A DNA stretch of 64,000 nucleotides from Eledone cirrhosa (lineage: Eukaryota), in contig OZ024740.1 in NCBI GenBank assembly GCA_964016885.1, positions 247,876,001-247,940,000 on the forward strand, given 5' to 3'. The first letter of the stretch is position 1; each line of letters opens with the position of its first letter. This document shows positions 50,335 through 64,000 of this stretch, one piece after another. The translations under genes were made by a program, and so were the position numbers. The notes below the pieces were generated by a model. That model saw only the letters and a list, made by a program, of their open reading frames with translations. It had not been told where the DNA came from and did no database searches.

Positions 50335-50640
50335 CAGTATGTTTGAATGGTTAAGTTAACAACGTATTCATTAGGTCCCGGGTTCGATTTTACTGCGTGG
50401 CATGGGGGGCCAGTGTCATTTATCATAGACTCGGGTTGACCTATAACTTGACAGTGAAATTTGGTAAACGGAAACTATTTGGAAGCCCAGCCTATCGACT
50501 GTACCAGTAATTCAAAGGGTTAGCTTTGATACACGCTGAATATCCCTCAGAATTACGTCAGGGTACACATGTCTGAGGAATGTTCGGCAACTTACACGTT
50601 AATTTCATGAGCAGTAAGATCCATTGATCAAACACTATAA
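50335..50640 (+). mobile_element. Degraded tRNA-derived SINE (second family)
   Basis: TGGTTAAG...GGTTCGAT A/B boxes; TTGGTAAACGGAAACT..GGAAGCCC; related copy at 52160-52425. Confidence 0.65.
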
Positions 50641-50699
50641 CACATATCGTCGAAATCGATGGAACTCCATTCCATTCCACTACAAGAATCAAACACTCC

Positions 50700-50983
50700 T
50701 GGGAGGGAGGTGTAAAAGCCAAACTCGCTATCTTCAATTAGGTATTCGTGCCAACTCTTACCTATGGTCATGAATCTTGGGTAACGACTGAAAGAATACG
50801 ATCGCATATACAAGCAGCCGAAATGGGGTTCCTCTGAAGGGTTTTGGAATAACATTACTCGATAGAGCAAGGTAGTTGGATAACATCCATGGGTTCGGCT
50901 GAGAAGAAGAAGAAGAAGAAGAAGAAGAAGAAGAAGAAGAAGAAGAAGAAGAAGAAGAAGAAGAAGAAGAAGAAGAAGAAGAA
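50700..50983 (+). mobile_element. RTE fragment with internal deletion and (GAA)n tail
   Basis: 50715-50865 is homologous to 30093-30245 (PTLTYGHESW); (GAA)n at 50901-50983. Confidence 0.8.
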
Positions 50984-52116
50984 GGGAATCACATGATTGG
51001 ATGATCAAACTCGTTTTGAAACACGAAAGCACCAAAAGATCATATTCCATTACAAAAGATGCACAAAGATACAGTAATGGACTACAAATTTCAGAAGTCC
51101 CATTTACTGCTGAAATGGAAAACACAGAAAAAGCAAAGCAGGTAAAAGTAACTGCAAAGAAAGAACTGCTACAGAAACTGGCTAAGAAATGGCAAGAAAA
51201 GCCTCTGTATGGAAAATACCCAGAGCGAGCTAACAATCCTGATGTTGACAAAACTTTAACCCATCAGTGGTTGGCATCCTCTGGACTGAAATCGGAGACT
51301 GAAGGACTGATTATATCCGCACAAGATCAGTGTCTGCCAACAAAAAATTACCAAGCCAACATAATAAAAAATGGGTGCAGCCCATTATGCCGTGTATGCA
51401 AAAAAACAACCAGAGACCATTAACCATATAATTTCAATGTGCAGTCCTATAGCTCCAACCGAATACCTAAACAGGCATGACAGAGCTGCACAATACATAC
51501 ATTGGATAATGTGTAAGCATTTTGACCTGCCCCATCAAAAGAATTGGTGGGAGCATCAACCACCTCCCATACTTGAAAAAGATCACATCTCAATCTTGTG
51601 GAACTTTAGCATCCAAACAGACCGAAAAATAGATGCAAATAGACCTGATATAATATTGAAGGACTTTCAAAGGAGGGTATGCCTGCTAATTGATATGTCT
51701 GTTCCAATAGACAAGAATGTATCTATAAAAACATTTGAAAAATTGAGCAAGTATAAAGACCTGGAGATAGAAATTGGAAAAATGTGGAAATTGAGAACTA
51801 AAACAATACCAGTGGTTGTAGGCGCTCTGGGAATGATACATAAGGGGTCTAACGACTACTTATCGCAAATCCCAGGAAACCCGCGTATAGGAGAAATACA
51901 AAAGATAGTACTAATGGGAACTGCCCATATACTAAGGAAGATCCTGTCAATATAAGTACATCACAAGTCTAAACACTAAGGATGCATGTGTGAATATGTA
52001 TGTTCTTTCTTGAACATGGCGGACCTTGTTGTCTCTTGAGGTCACTGGTTGTGACTTGGTGATAACTCGTATAAACATAAAGCAAGATAAATGCAAATAA
52101 TAATAATAATAATAAT
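50984..52116 (+). mobile_element. 5'-truncated R4/Dong-like copy
   Basis: ORFs 51001-51423 and 51371-51955 (RLE motifs), (TAA)n tail. Confidence 0.93.
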
Positions 52117-52159
52117 GCAACAGCACTGAATATGAATGTAAGTTTTTATGTGAATGTGT

Positions 52160-52425
52160 ATGTGAAATGGTTAAGAAGTTTCTTCGTAATCATAAGGCAC
52201 CACGTTCGATCACAATGCTTGGTAACTTGGGTAAATGTCATTTATGAGTGAACTTGGGTAGATGTAAACTGCTTGGAAGCTCATCGAATGAACTGTACCA
52301 TTAATTCACTGTTACACCGAATCTTCCTGAGGATTAGTTTAATTGTATATGTTTGTTAATTTCATGAGCAGGCTGTTCCAGTGATCAAATATCTGGAACA
52401 CGTATCATCGAAACCGGCGGAGATT
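52160..52425 (+). mobile_element. Degraded tRNA-derived SINE (second family)
   Basis: TGGTTAAG..GTTCGATC; shares GTTAATTTCATGAGCAG with the copy at ~50598. Confidence 0.55.
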
Positions 52426-52633
52426 CATTCGTTCCTTCCAATATGAATGTGTATGTGTTTATTTGCCCGTAGGCATGTTTGAGTATTTCCTATGTTTGAA
52501 CAGTTGCGTGTATGAATTAGTAGTCTTACGTCAATGTTAGAATGGATATGAGAAAAAATCGAGAGAATAAATGAGGAGGTTTCGAAAACGTTTCTGTATG
52601 AATTTAAGAGAGAGAGAGAGAGAGAGAGAGGGG

Positions 52634-52665
<32 letters not shown>

Positions 52666-52740
52666 AGGTGTAGAGAGAAAGAGTGGAAAGAGAGAGAGTG
52701 GTTGATATAAGTGGAGATATACAGAGAGAAGTTCAAGAGA

Positions 52741-53967
52741 TAGATAGATTTCTTTATTAGCCACAGGGGCACAAAAGAAGGGGACAAATACAAAGGGGGA
52801 AGTTTACATACAATAAAAACGTGTAAAATGTTATCACAGATGGAATTTAAAAGTTAGTCGATATTCCCCCAATAGAGGGAGACAGTTTATATGGGTAACA
52901 CAGACCCCCGAAAAAAATGTGCAACCCTCATCTCCAGGAGTACGAAGAGCTTGTACTCCTTTCCTCTCCTCCTCCTTTTCCTCAACCTACAGGCTGATAT
53001 AGAGAGAAGGCCCATTCACTCGGGCCATTCTCGCCACTTTCACCCACCTTTCATAAAACTTGCTGGGGTACAGCACCTCTCTCTCCATCCTGATTCTTCT
53101 TCCAAAGTGGTATTTGAAAAAAAGAATCAGTTGTTGGCCGGAGAGAAAGGTGTCTGACCTCAGCCCTTTCAACCTTGTCCACCATACAACCTCTTTCGCC
53201 ATAGCTATCACACAAAGGAAAACCGCCTCTCCTTCGTTTTTGAAGGAGGGTGGCGGTTTGATCATGACAATGGACTCGGTGGTCAACTGGATTGGTCCCA
53301 CCCGCGACAATAGTCGTTCTACATAGCCCCACAGGTCAGTGACGCCCGGGCAGTGTATGAATGCGTGCGCGACGGTTTCTTCGTCTCGCACGCACCTCGG
53401 ACAGATCTTTTTTGCAGGGTCCCTGCCCGGGCGCCCATGTCTGTAGAGCTTGTCTCGAACTGGTAGAGCTCCTCGGTAGCACTGCCAGGCCAGGGACTTT
53501 TGGAAGTTGTCCATCGGTCCCGGGCGGAAGGTCCTACCGAACAGACTGGCCAGTTCATCTTCCTCCACGCCTAGAGTTTCACCGAGCGCGTCGTCGCACT
53601 TGCTGCGGACCAACCCTCTATAGAATGACGAAGTGGAGTCTCCACTGATCGCTGGGTCCGCCTGCCAGAGGGCTGTGAGCGCCTGAGCACATTCGATGTG
53701 CCAGTCGCCCATTTTCCTCGGTCTCTGCTTGACCCAGGACTGCAGCTCGGTCAGCGAGACGAGTCGTGGGAAGGCTCGCCTCACGAACGGGGCCCACACC
53801 GGTTGTCCGGTGAGGAATACGTAGAGATGCCGCAGCCTGAGCGCGTGTTTGCGCATCGTCAACCACGGCATCCCCAGCCCTCCGTTAGAAGGGTGTTGGC
53901 AGCAGATGGATCTTCTTACCAAAGGAGCCCGCCTCTTCCAAAGGAATCGGAAGAGGGCGCGCTCCAT
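52741..53967 (-). mobile_element. 5'-truncated Tx1-like LINE, subfamily A2, open 326-aa C-terminal frame
   Basis: ORF 52987-53967; TAGATAG at 52741-52747 and 53968-53974 (TSD/target). Confidence 0.93.
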
Positions 53968-54321
53968 TAGATAGGTAGAAGGATAGACAAGGAAGGTGAA
54001 GAAAGTGGTGGAGAGGAAGAGAATGAACGAAAAAATAACGAGCGAGCGAGTCAGTGTTCACATGTCTTCAAATTGAATGTATATGTAGGAATGTATATAC
54101 TTTGTTGTCTGTAACAACCAACAAACCGCACTCACTGGTAAGCTGTTGTTATTTGACGTGATCAACTACACATACGTCGGAAATGAAATTTCTCTTACAG
54201 TTCAGGAAACGGTACAGCGTATATAAACGATTTAGCAGAATGTCATGATAGCAGTGCAATTGTGTTAATCTTGGTTCTAAACAAGATTTCACTCATTTGA
54301 CGAAATCATGCCGAAAAACTA

Positions 54322-54663
<342 letters not shown>

Positions 54664-55270
54664 GGTGGCTGCCAACTCGTTTTCGAGTACGGCCACTACC
54701 TTATATCCATGTAGGAGAACCCCTACCGATGCGCTGAACGAGTGTGACTTTTTAGTCCAGCCAGCGACTTGAAAACTCTGGTACAAACACTACACTTGTG
54801 ACAATTATTGACACATAGTGCTGGGCCCATGGTACCATGTGACGACAAGTGCAGAGAGATCTCCAGATATAAAGCAATGCCTGTGCCGTGAAGCTTTTAT
54901 AGTGAGCAAAGGCACTGCACAAAGCCAGTCCCACTCTCTTAACCAAGATGATATTTACCAAAAAGAAGAACAAGTCAACATCATTGGATACCATCAGGGT
55001 TGCAGGTGTTATATCAGAGTTTTCCTTCTCCTAGAATTCTGCCTTGACAAAGGCTAAGGGGTCATCTCACCCGGTGATTTTGGATGGCCATTGACTCTTA
55101 AGAGCTCCTTTGCCCTTTGACAGGTTTTGTTTTTAGTCCTGCAGGATGTCCAAAGTCACCCTCCTCACCAAGAAACCTTGGTGGGGTTGCCAGTTTAGTC
55201 GCCAACGACCCGACCATGGGACAGGTTGTACTGGGATACATGTTACCAGTAGCACCAACTGGTGACCTGA
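54664..55270 (-). mobile_element. Probable RTE-type LINE 5' UTR region between two TA arrays
   Basis: Minus CTAGGAGAAGGAAAACTCTGATATAACACC and ACTGGCAACCCCA resemble recalled RTE/RTE-X leader motifs; no diagnostic ORF. Confidence 0.4.
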
Positions 55271-57924
<2,654 letters not shown>

Positions 57925-57927
<3 letters not shown>

Positions 57928-59323
57928 TAGGTATAGGATTATCCAAGATGTAGTGATGGTTAATTACTACACTGGATATGGTTGACGTACGGTAAGAGGT
58001 TACTCTACGAGTTATGGAAGAATTGTTCAAGAAACTTAGTTCCTGATCCTTCAGTGTTCCGGAGTGTATATAAAGAATGAATAATAACAGGTAGACATCA
58101 TAAAAAGGTAGTTTATTTCGTGTGCTTACAAGTGTTTCCACGGTGGTGCTGCAGCCTAGTTCCGCTACGTGCAAATTCACAAGTATTTGCAGAACTCGAA
58201 TATCCAATGCTGTGACCACTGTTTCCTCAGAGCAGAATGGTAAATATACAATGTAAAAACCCTTAAGTGGGGTTGTTGGGGAAGATAGAGTGGAACAGGA
58301 AGAGAGAAAAGTAGGGAAGAAGGAGAGAGAAAGAAAGATATGCAGGGGTTGGAGAAGTAGGAGAGAGTGGCTTGTAGATGTCTTAATCAAAATGTTATGG
58401 CAGGGGTTTTATTAGTTACTTTTGGAGAGATGCGTAGATAGTTGAGGTCGGAATTATTTATTGCCCCAGAGGGCAGGTTCATAAATGTTGAGAGGGAGGT
58501 AGGTCAAAGGTGAGAGAGAGAGAGTGTAATGGATGTAGAGAGAGATATATAGGTAGAGAGGGGACAGATAAATATGTGTGGTGAGTGAACTTTTGGTTTT
58601 GTAGTAGTATTCTAGGAGTTGTACTGAGTTACCATGTATAGTGATAAGCAGTGTATTGTCTTGTAGTGTGGGGGGAAGAGAAGGTTGTTAGCTAGAAAGT
58701 GGTGTTGTAGTTACGGGTTCGAATGTTAAGTTATTTTATAGTGAGAGAATTTAGCTTTTAGTTTGTGGTTGCAGTATAATGATCGTTCAATTCTATCGTT
58801 AAGTAGTTTGTTTTTGGATTTTAGTATGTAAAATAGCTCAAGGTTACATAACCTGCAGTACTTCAAACCACTCCGATATGCATTTGCGCTGGAAAGTATA
58901 TCCCATTTTAAGGTGAACTGTTGGTTGTGTTCACGGAGTTGCCAGGTCTTGTTGGCGAGCGTGGTCACAAAGCGGTGATTCTGATGTTTGATTGAGAATC
59001 GATGACGGTACCAGCGAGATTTAAACGATGTGGTGGTAGATCCAATATAATACCATTTCTGGTCGTCCGATTCAACCGTGCATTGGTAAACAATGTTGGA
59101 CTTTAGGCATTCATTCTGCAATGGACATCTTTCAGGTAGATGGCAGTTACTTAACTTAAGGCAATTAAATAACTCTACAAAACAAAACATTTTAGTAACA
59201 GATAGGCAGAACGCAATATCTGCCTCCCAACCACTAAATGGGAGACGGGTATTGCACAACCCACCTGTACCGCTATCACAACCTATCCATGGTGTACCCG
59301 CTACCCACAACAAAGCATGTAAC
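57925..59323 (-). mobile_element. 3' part of another Hydra-type PLE with an inverted 5' segment
   Basis: NCHLPERCPLQNECL, IVY...YYIG, CRLCNLE, stop at 58726; HHR 58123-58234; linker 59151-59323 inverted. Confidence 0.85.
58123..58234 (-). ncRNA. Type I hammerhead with ~85-nt branched stem II
   Basis: TGCT-CTGAGGA-[AACAGTGGT...ACCACCGTG]-GAAAC-ACTT-GTA-AGCA. Confidence 0.7.
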
Positions 59324-60060
59324 ACCCCACCCCCGGCTGACAGAGAGATGCGTAGATCTCAAAGTCATCGAAGATGGGGGTCAGCTGTCGCTCGCTATGG
59401 ATCCTGGCCTCGCAAATGGATACTACATCCATACTGTGCGACCTGAGTTCGTTTAAGAGTTTGCCCTGTTTCCAGGGCATCCCCAGGCCGCGTACATTCA
59501 CACATCCAACTCTTATATTGGCCATGTTGGTTCTGAAAAGTTAAAAGAAGAGAAGAAAACACTCACCTCCTCGTCTCCCGGGGATCAGGCCGCACGATTT
59601 CCATGGGGTGTTAGAGGGGTTGTCTGGGTGGGTGGTGGTTTCCGGTGGGGTGGGACAGAGATGTTTGGTGGGGAGGGGGAACCTGATGGGGTGGGGTGTA
59701 TGGGGTGATGGTGGGGAAACTTTTTAAAAGGACGCGGTTAATGGGTTTAACACAAGGATTACCCACGTCCTTAGGAAAGTTTTCCTTTAAAGACTTATAG
59801 GTGTCCGTAGGGGCGCTAATCGTCTTTAAATTAGGTTTGTCTAAGTTTTCTCTTCGTCGATGACCTCCATTAAAGTTTTGTTATTACTGTTTATGTATGT
59901 GTAATGTTCTTGTTGTGTTGCGGTGGTTTTTATCTTTTGTTCTTGTGGGAGATTTCGTTTTGTTGTAGGTGTTTGTGTTTGGAGTGACGTCGTGGTTTTG
60001 TTTTCGGGACGGGGGGGGGGGTTGTAATGTTTGTGTTATTTGTGTTGGAGGTTGTATGTT
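59324..60060 (-). mobile_element. Tx1-like fragment, subfamily A3: ORF1 end and ORF2 start
   Basis: ..TYKSLKENFPKDVGNPCVKPINRVLLK...PMEIVRPDPRETRR* then MANIRVGCVNVRGLG. Confidence 0.88.
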
Positions 60061-60198
60061 TATAGGATAGATAGATAGGAATACATAAAAATAAAAAGAG
60101 TAATACATATACAGATATACAGGTACAAATCAATGTGTGTGTGTGTTGTAGAAGCTAGTGTTTTATTTCGCTGTCATTTCTAGCAAAACCAGTTAGAA

Positions 60199-63100
60199 AG
60201 ACAGATAGATATATAGATATATTTCTTTATTAGCCACAAGGGCGCACAAGAAAAGGGGACAATACAAAGACATGCCGGGGATTTTACATACAGTCGTGTA
60301 AAAAATATAAAACCAAACAATTGCAACAATCGAAAACCCCAATAGGGGGAGGCGCCACAAATGGGTTGTTTAATACCCCGTCGATAGAACAACCCTCAAC
60401 TTCAGGAGCGTGTTGTGCAAGTGCTCCTTTCTTCCTTTTGCTCACTTCTTCAACCTACAGGCTTATAAACAGAGAAGGCCCAATCACTCGGGCTATTTTC
60501 GCTTCATTCACCCACCTTTCAGTAAATTTACTGGGGTGCAGTGCCTCTCTCTCTACTCTGATTCTCCTTCTAAAGTGATACTTAAAGAAGGGAATCAATT
60601 GTTGTCCGGAGAGAAAGGCATCTGTCCTCAGTCCTCTCAATCTCGTCCACCATATAACTTCTTTCACCATAGCCGCCGTACAGAGGAAAACCGCCTCTCT
60701 TTCGTTTTTGAAAGAGGCTGACGGTTTGATCTTTACTATGGACTAGGCAGTCAACTGGATTTGTCCCATACGTGACAGCAGTTGTTCTGCATAGTTCCAC
60801 AGATCGGTTACGCCCAGGCAGTGTACAATTGGGTGCAGGACGGTTTCAATGTTCTGCGCGCATCTTGGACACGTCCTCTTGGAAGGATCCCTGCCGGGGC
60901 GTCCGTGCCTGTAGTTCTTGTCACGAACCGGTAGAGCTCCTCGGTAGCACTGCCAGGCCAGGGACTTCTGGAAGTTGCCCATGGGTCCCGGGCAGAAAGT
61001 CCTACCAAACAGACTGGTGATCTCATCGTCTTCGACGCCCAGAGTCTCTCCGAGCACGTCGTCGCCCTTGTAACGTACAATCCCTCTATAGAATGTCGAA
61101 GTGGAGTCTCCACTGATTGCTGCGCCCGCTTGCCAGAGGACTGTGAGCGCATGAGCGCTTCAATGTGCCAGGCGCCCATCGTTTTCGGTCTTTTCTTGAC
61201 CCAGGACTGCAGCTCCGTCAGCGAGACGAGCTGTAGAAAAGCCTGTCTCACAAACGGTACCCACACCGGTTGGGGGTCAGTGAGGAATACCTGGAGATGC
61301 CGCAGCCTCAGCGCATGTTTGCGCATCATCAGCCACGGCATTCCCAGCCCTCCGTTGGAAGGGTGCTAACAGCAGACGGATCTCCTCACCAACGGAACCT
61401 TCTTCTTCCACAGAAACTGGAAGAGCATGCGTTCCATCTTGGCGAGGTGTTCACGGGGACAAAGCACGACAATCAAGCGGTAGTAGATGACGGACGCTAT
61501 GAAAGTGTTCGCCACCTCCACTCGACCTTTCAAGGGCAGTTTGCACTCTGCCCACTTCTGGGTGAGTGCAAACACCTTGGCCGTGACCTCGTTCCAGTTT
61601 TTCTCCACCAGGAGGTCTGGACCAAACCAGGCCCGAAGAAATTTCACCGCTCCGTCCGTCCAGTGTCCAACGACGCTGTCGGATGTCATCGGTTTGCCTC
61701 TCCACGTACCGAGTTGCAAACCGACAGACTTGTCCGGGTTTAGTTTTGCTCCCGTCAGCGTTTCGTATTCTTTCAGTAAGTTGCCGATCACCCCGATTTC
61801 CGAGGTGCTCGACACCATTACCGTCAGGTCGTCGGCATAAGCCGACCCCGCTTTGCGCAGTCCCAGTTCTAGAGGGATGCCCTGCAACAGCTCCAATTTC
61901 CGCAGTAGTGGCTCTAGAGTCAATACATACATAATGGAGGAGAGAGGGCACCCCTGTCGAATGGAACGCGTGAAGGCGAACGGCTCCAATAGGCAGCCGT
62001 TCACCTTGACCCTTGAGCAGATGCTGGTGTGCATCGCCTCCATCCAGCCTCTGAAAACGGGACCGAAACCGGCCGCCTTGAGAACCGCTTCTAAGTATCG
62101 ATGGTCGACCCTATCGAATGCCTTAGACTGATCCAAATTGATCAGAGCCCCACCGAAGCCGGGTTTACTACCCACCCTCTATATGATGTATCGCATGAGG
62201 TGGAGTTTCTCGTATATGGACCTGGTCGGGATTGCACACGTTTGCGCTTTCCCTACCAGGTTCTCGACGACAAGTGCCAACCTCGTCGCTAGCACCTTGG
62301 CCAAAATCTTTCTCTTTGTGTTGGGCAGAGTTATGGGCCTGAAGTTGTTAATTTCGTCCCCGCTGTTCTCGTCTTTCCTGATCAGCGTTACTACTCCCTT
62401 GACTGCAGAACTGGGAATTCTCCCGTTCTGCTGCCAATTGCAGTAGACGGCTTCGAGGACGCCAGAGTCCGGCATGCCTATGTAAAACTCATAGGGTAGA
62501 CCATCTAGACCGGGTGACCTGCGTTTCCCGCAGCGGCCCAGAGCGTCCCGTATCTCAGTGTCCGTGATCGGTCTTTCGCAGAACTCTGCGTCCGTGTTCG
62601 AGAGACGCGGCAGGCCGTCGAGGTATGAACCTCCATTGCCCCGTTCGGCTCACCGTCGTTCTGCTCAAACAGTCGCGCAAAGTGCTGCTGAAAGGCCGCG
62701 CACATTTGCTTGGGGTCAAGTAGCACGCATCCGTTTTGGTCTTTCAAATACTGAATCGTGGATTTGTTGCCACTTTTCGCCTCCGCCACTCGGGCCCAGC
62801 TCACAGCTTTCACTCCTTCGTTTCCTAGAGCACGTGTTTTGCTTCTGACCACGCAGCCTTCGTGTGTTTCGCATCGAAGAACTGGTCCAGTGCCGTTCTC
62901 GACGCTAACACTCTAGCCGCGTTACCACTTCTAAGTGCCTCTTCTACCTTGGCTACTAGTTCTCTTTCTATTTTGTTTTTCTCTAAGGCTAACTCTCTGC
63001 TAAACACTATCGATTCTATTCTAATTGCTTTCTTGAGAGAGTACCACCATTTATTGTTGACGATGGCTCCCGTTAACTGTTGCTTGACTAGTCTACTTAT

Positions 63101-64000
63101 CCGTTCACTGTAAGCTTTACGTGCCGGCAACGACACGTTCAGCTTCCAGTATCCGGGTCCTTGTATCCGGGTCCAGTATCCGGGTCCTGTGTTCTATCAC
63201 GGTTGACTAAGCAGACGACTAATTTGTGATCTGAATAGGCAACCATGTGCATTCGTGGACAGTTTAACACCTCCTTGTCCCTTTCTCTAATGAAGAACCT
63301 ATCTAAATACGATCTAGATGTCCCGCTGCAGTTTGCCCACGTCCACTGTGGTGCAGTCGGGAAACCCAGTCGATACCTATCGGCCAGTTGGAATTGGCCG
63401 ATTAAAGTTTTGAGGCTGTTGCACCCCCCTCTACTGGGACATGCTCCCACATAGTCCCATCGTGCATCTAGGATACCATTCCAGTCCCCCACTAAAAGTA
63501 AGGAGCGAGACGTTCCCAGAAAAGACTCTAGACGCTTAAAGAAGTCTGGCCGTGTTTGCGATTGCCCGGTCAGGGCATAAACGGCCACCAGTCTAAAGGC
63601 TCCACCTCCTATACTGTTCACGTCTAGGACTACCAGTCTACCCTCCGGGTCCAAGTGTACTTGCTGTACTTCGACGTCCAGGTTCTTCCGAAACATGACA
63701 GCCACTCCTCCTCCACCACCTGGATGACAGAGAGGTGCGTAGATCTCAAAGTCGTCGAAGATGGGGGTTAGTTGCTGCCTGTTGTGGATCCTGGACTCGA
63801 TGATAGTTATCATACACTTACCGTGCCACCTACGGTCGTTTAAAAGTTAGCCCTGTTTCCAGAGCATCCCTAGGCCACGCACATTCACGCTTCCAACTCG
63901 TAAACTAGCCATGTTGGTGAAGAAAAGTTGGAGAAAAAGGACGAAAGGTGCACTTACCTTTTCGTTTCCTCGAGATCGGGTTGTTCAATCTCCATTTGGG
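60199..64000 (-). mobile_element. Tx1-like LINE, subfamily A1, second copy (continues off the window)
   Basis: Disrupted ORF2 from ATG at 63912 to 60455 including AYADD; AATAAAGAAAT-(ATCT)-like tail; highly similar to 3688-7094. Confidence 0.93.

Noticed and set aside
61451-61951. Overlapping alternative-frame and antisense ORFs within Tx1 ORF2 copies
   Set aside because: Expected by-products of GC-rich coding sequence; boundaries are not conserved between copies.

Overview
Eukaryotic, AT-rich, gene-free window made almost entirely of nested retrotransposons and microsatellites. The tRNA-derived SINE families suggest an octopus/cephalopod genome (inference from recalled SINE sequences). Contents: seven copies or fragments of Tx1-like L1-clade LINEs (ORF1 zinc knuckle; APE-RT-CCHC ORF2) in about five subfamilies with (TATC)n or (ATT)n ends; five R4/Dong-like RLE elements ending in (TAA)n; many Penelope-like elements (PLEs; Neptune-type and CxCx5C 'Hydra'-type) with pseudo-LTRs (pLTRs) and type I hammerhead ribozymes (HHRs); RTE fragments; SINEs; Helitron/hAT remnants. 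No host gene is supported. Main observation: in all four ORF1/ORF2 junctions visible, spanning three diverged Tx1 subfamilies, the ORF1 stop codon sits inside a consensus 5' splice site (AG|GTRAGT). A pyrimidine tract follows, and the first downstream AG is always in phase with ORF2. This predicts a tiny intron (52-54 nt in A1/B1; 34 or 55 nt in A3) whose removal gives an ORF1-ORF2 fusion protein. Other points of interest: a probable SINE-Tx1 partnership, two unrelated LINE clades sharing one microsatellite target, a retrozyme-like repeat, and several hammerhead variants. All coordinates were read by eye; element boundaries are approximate.
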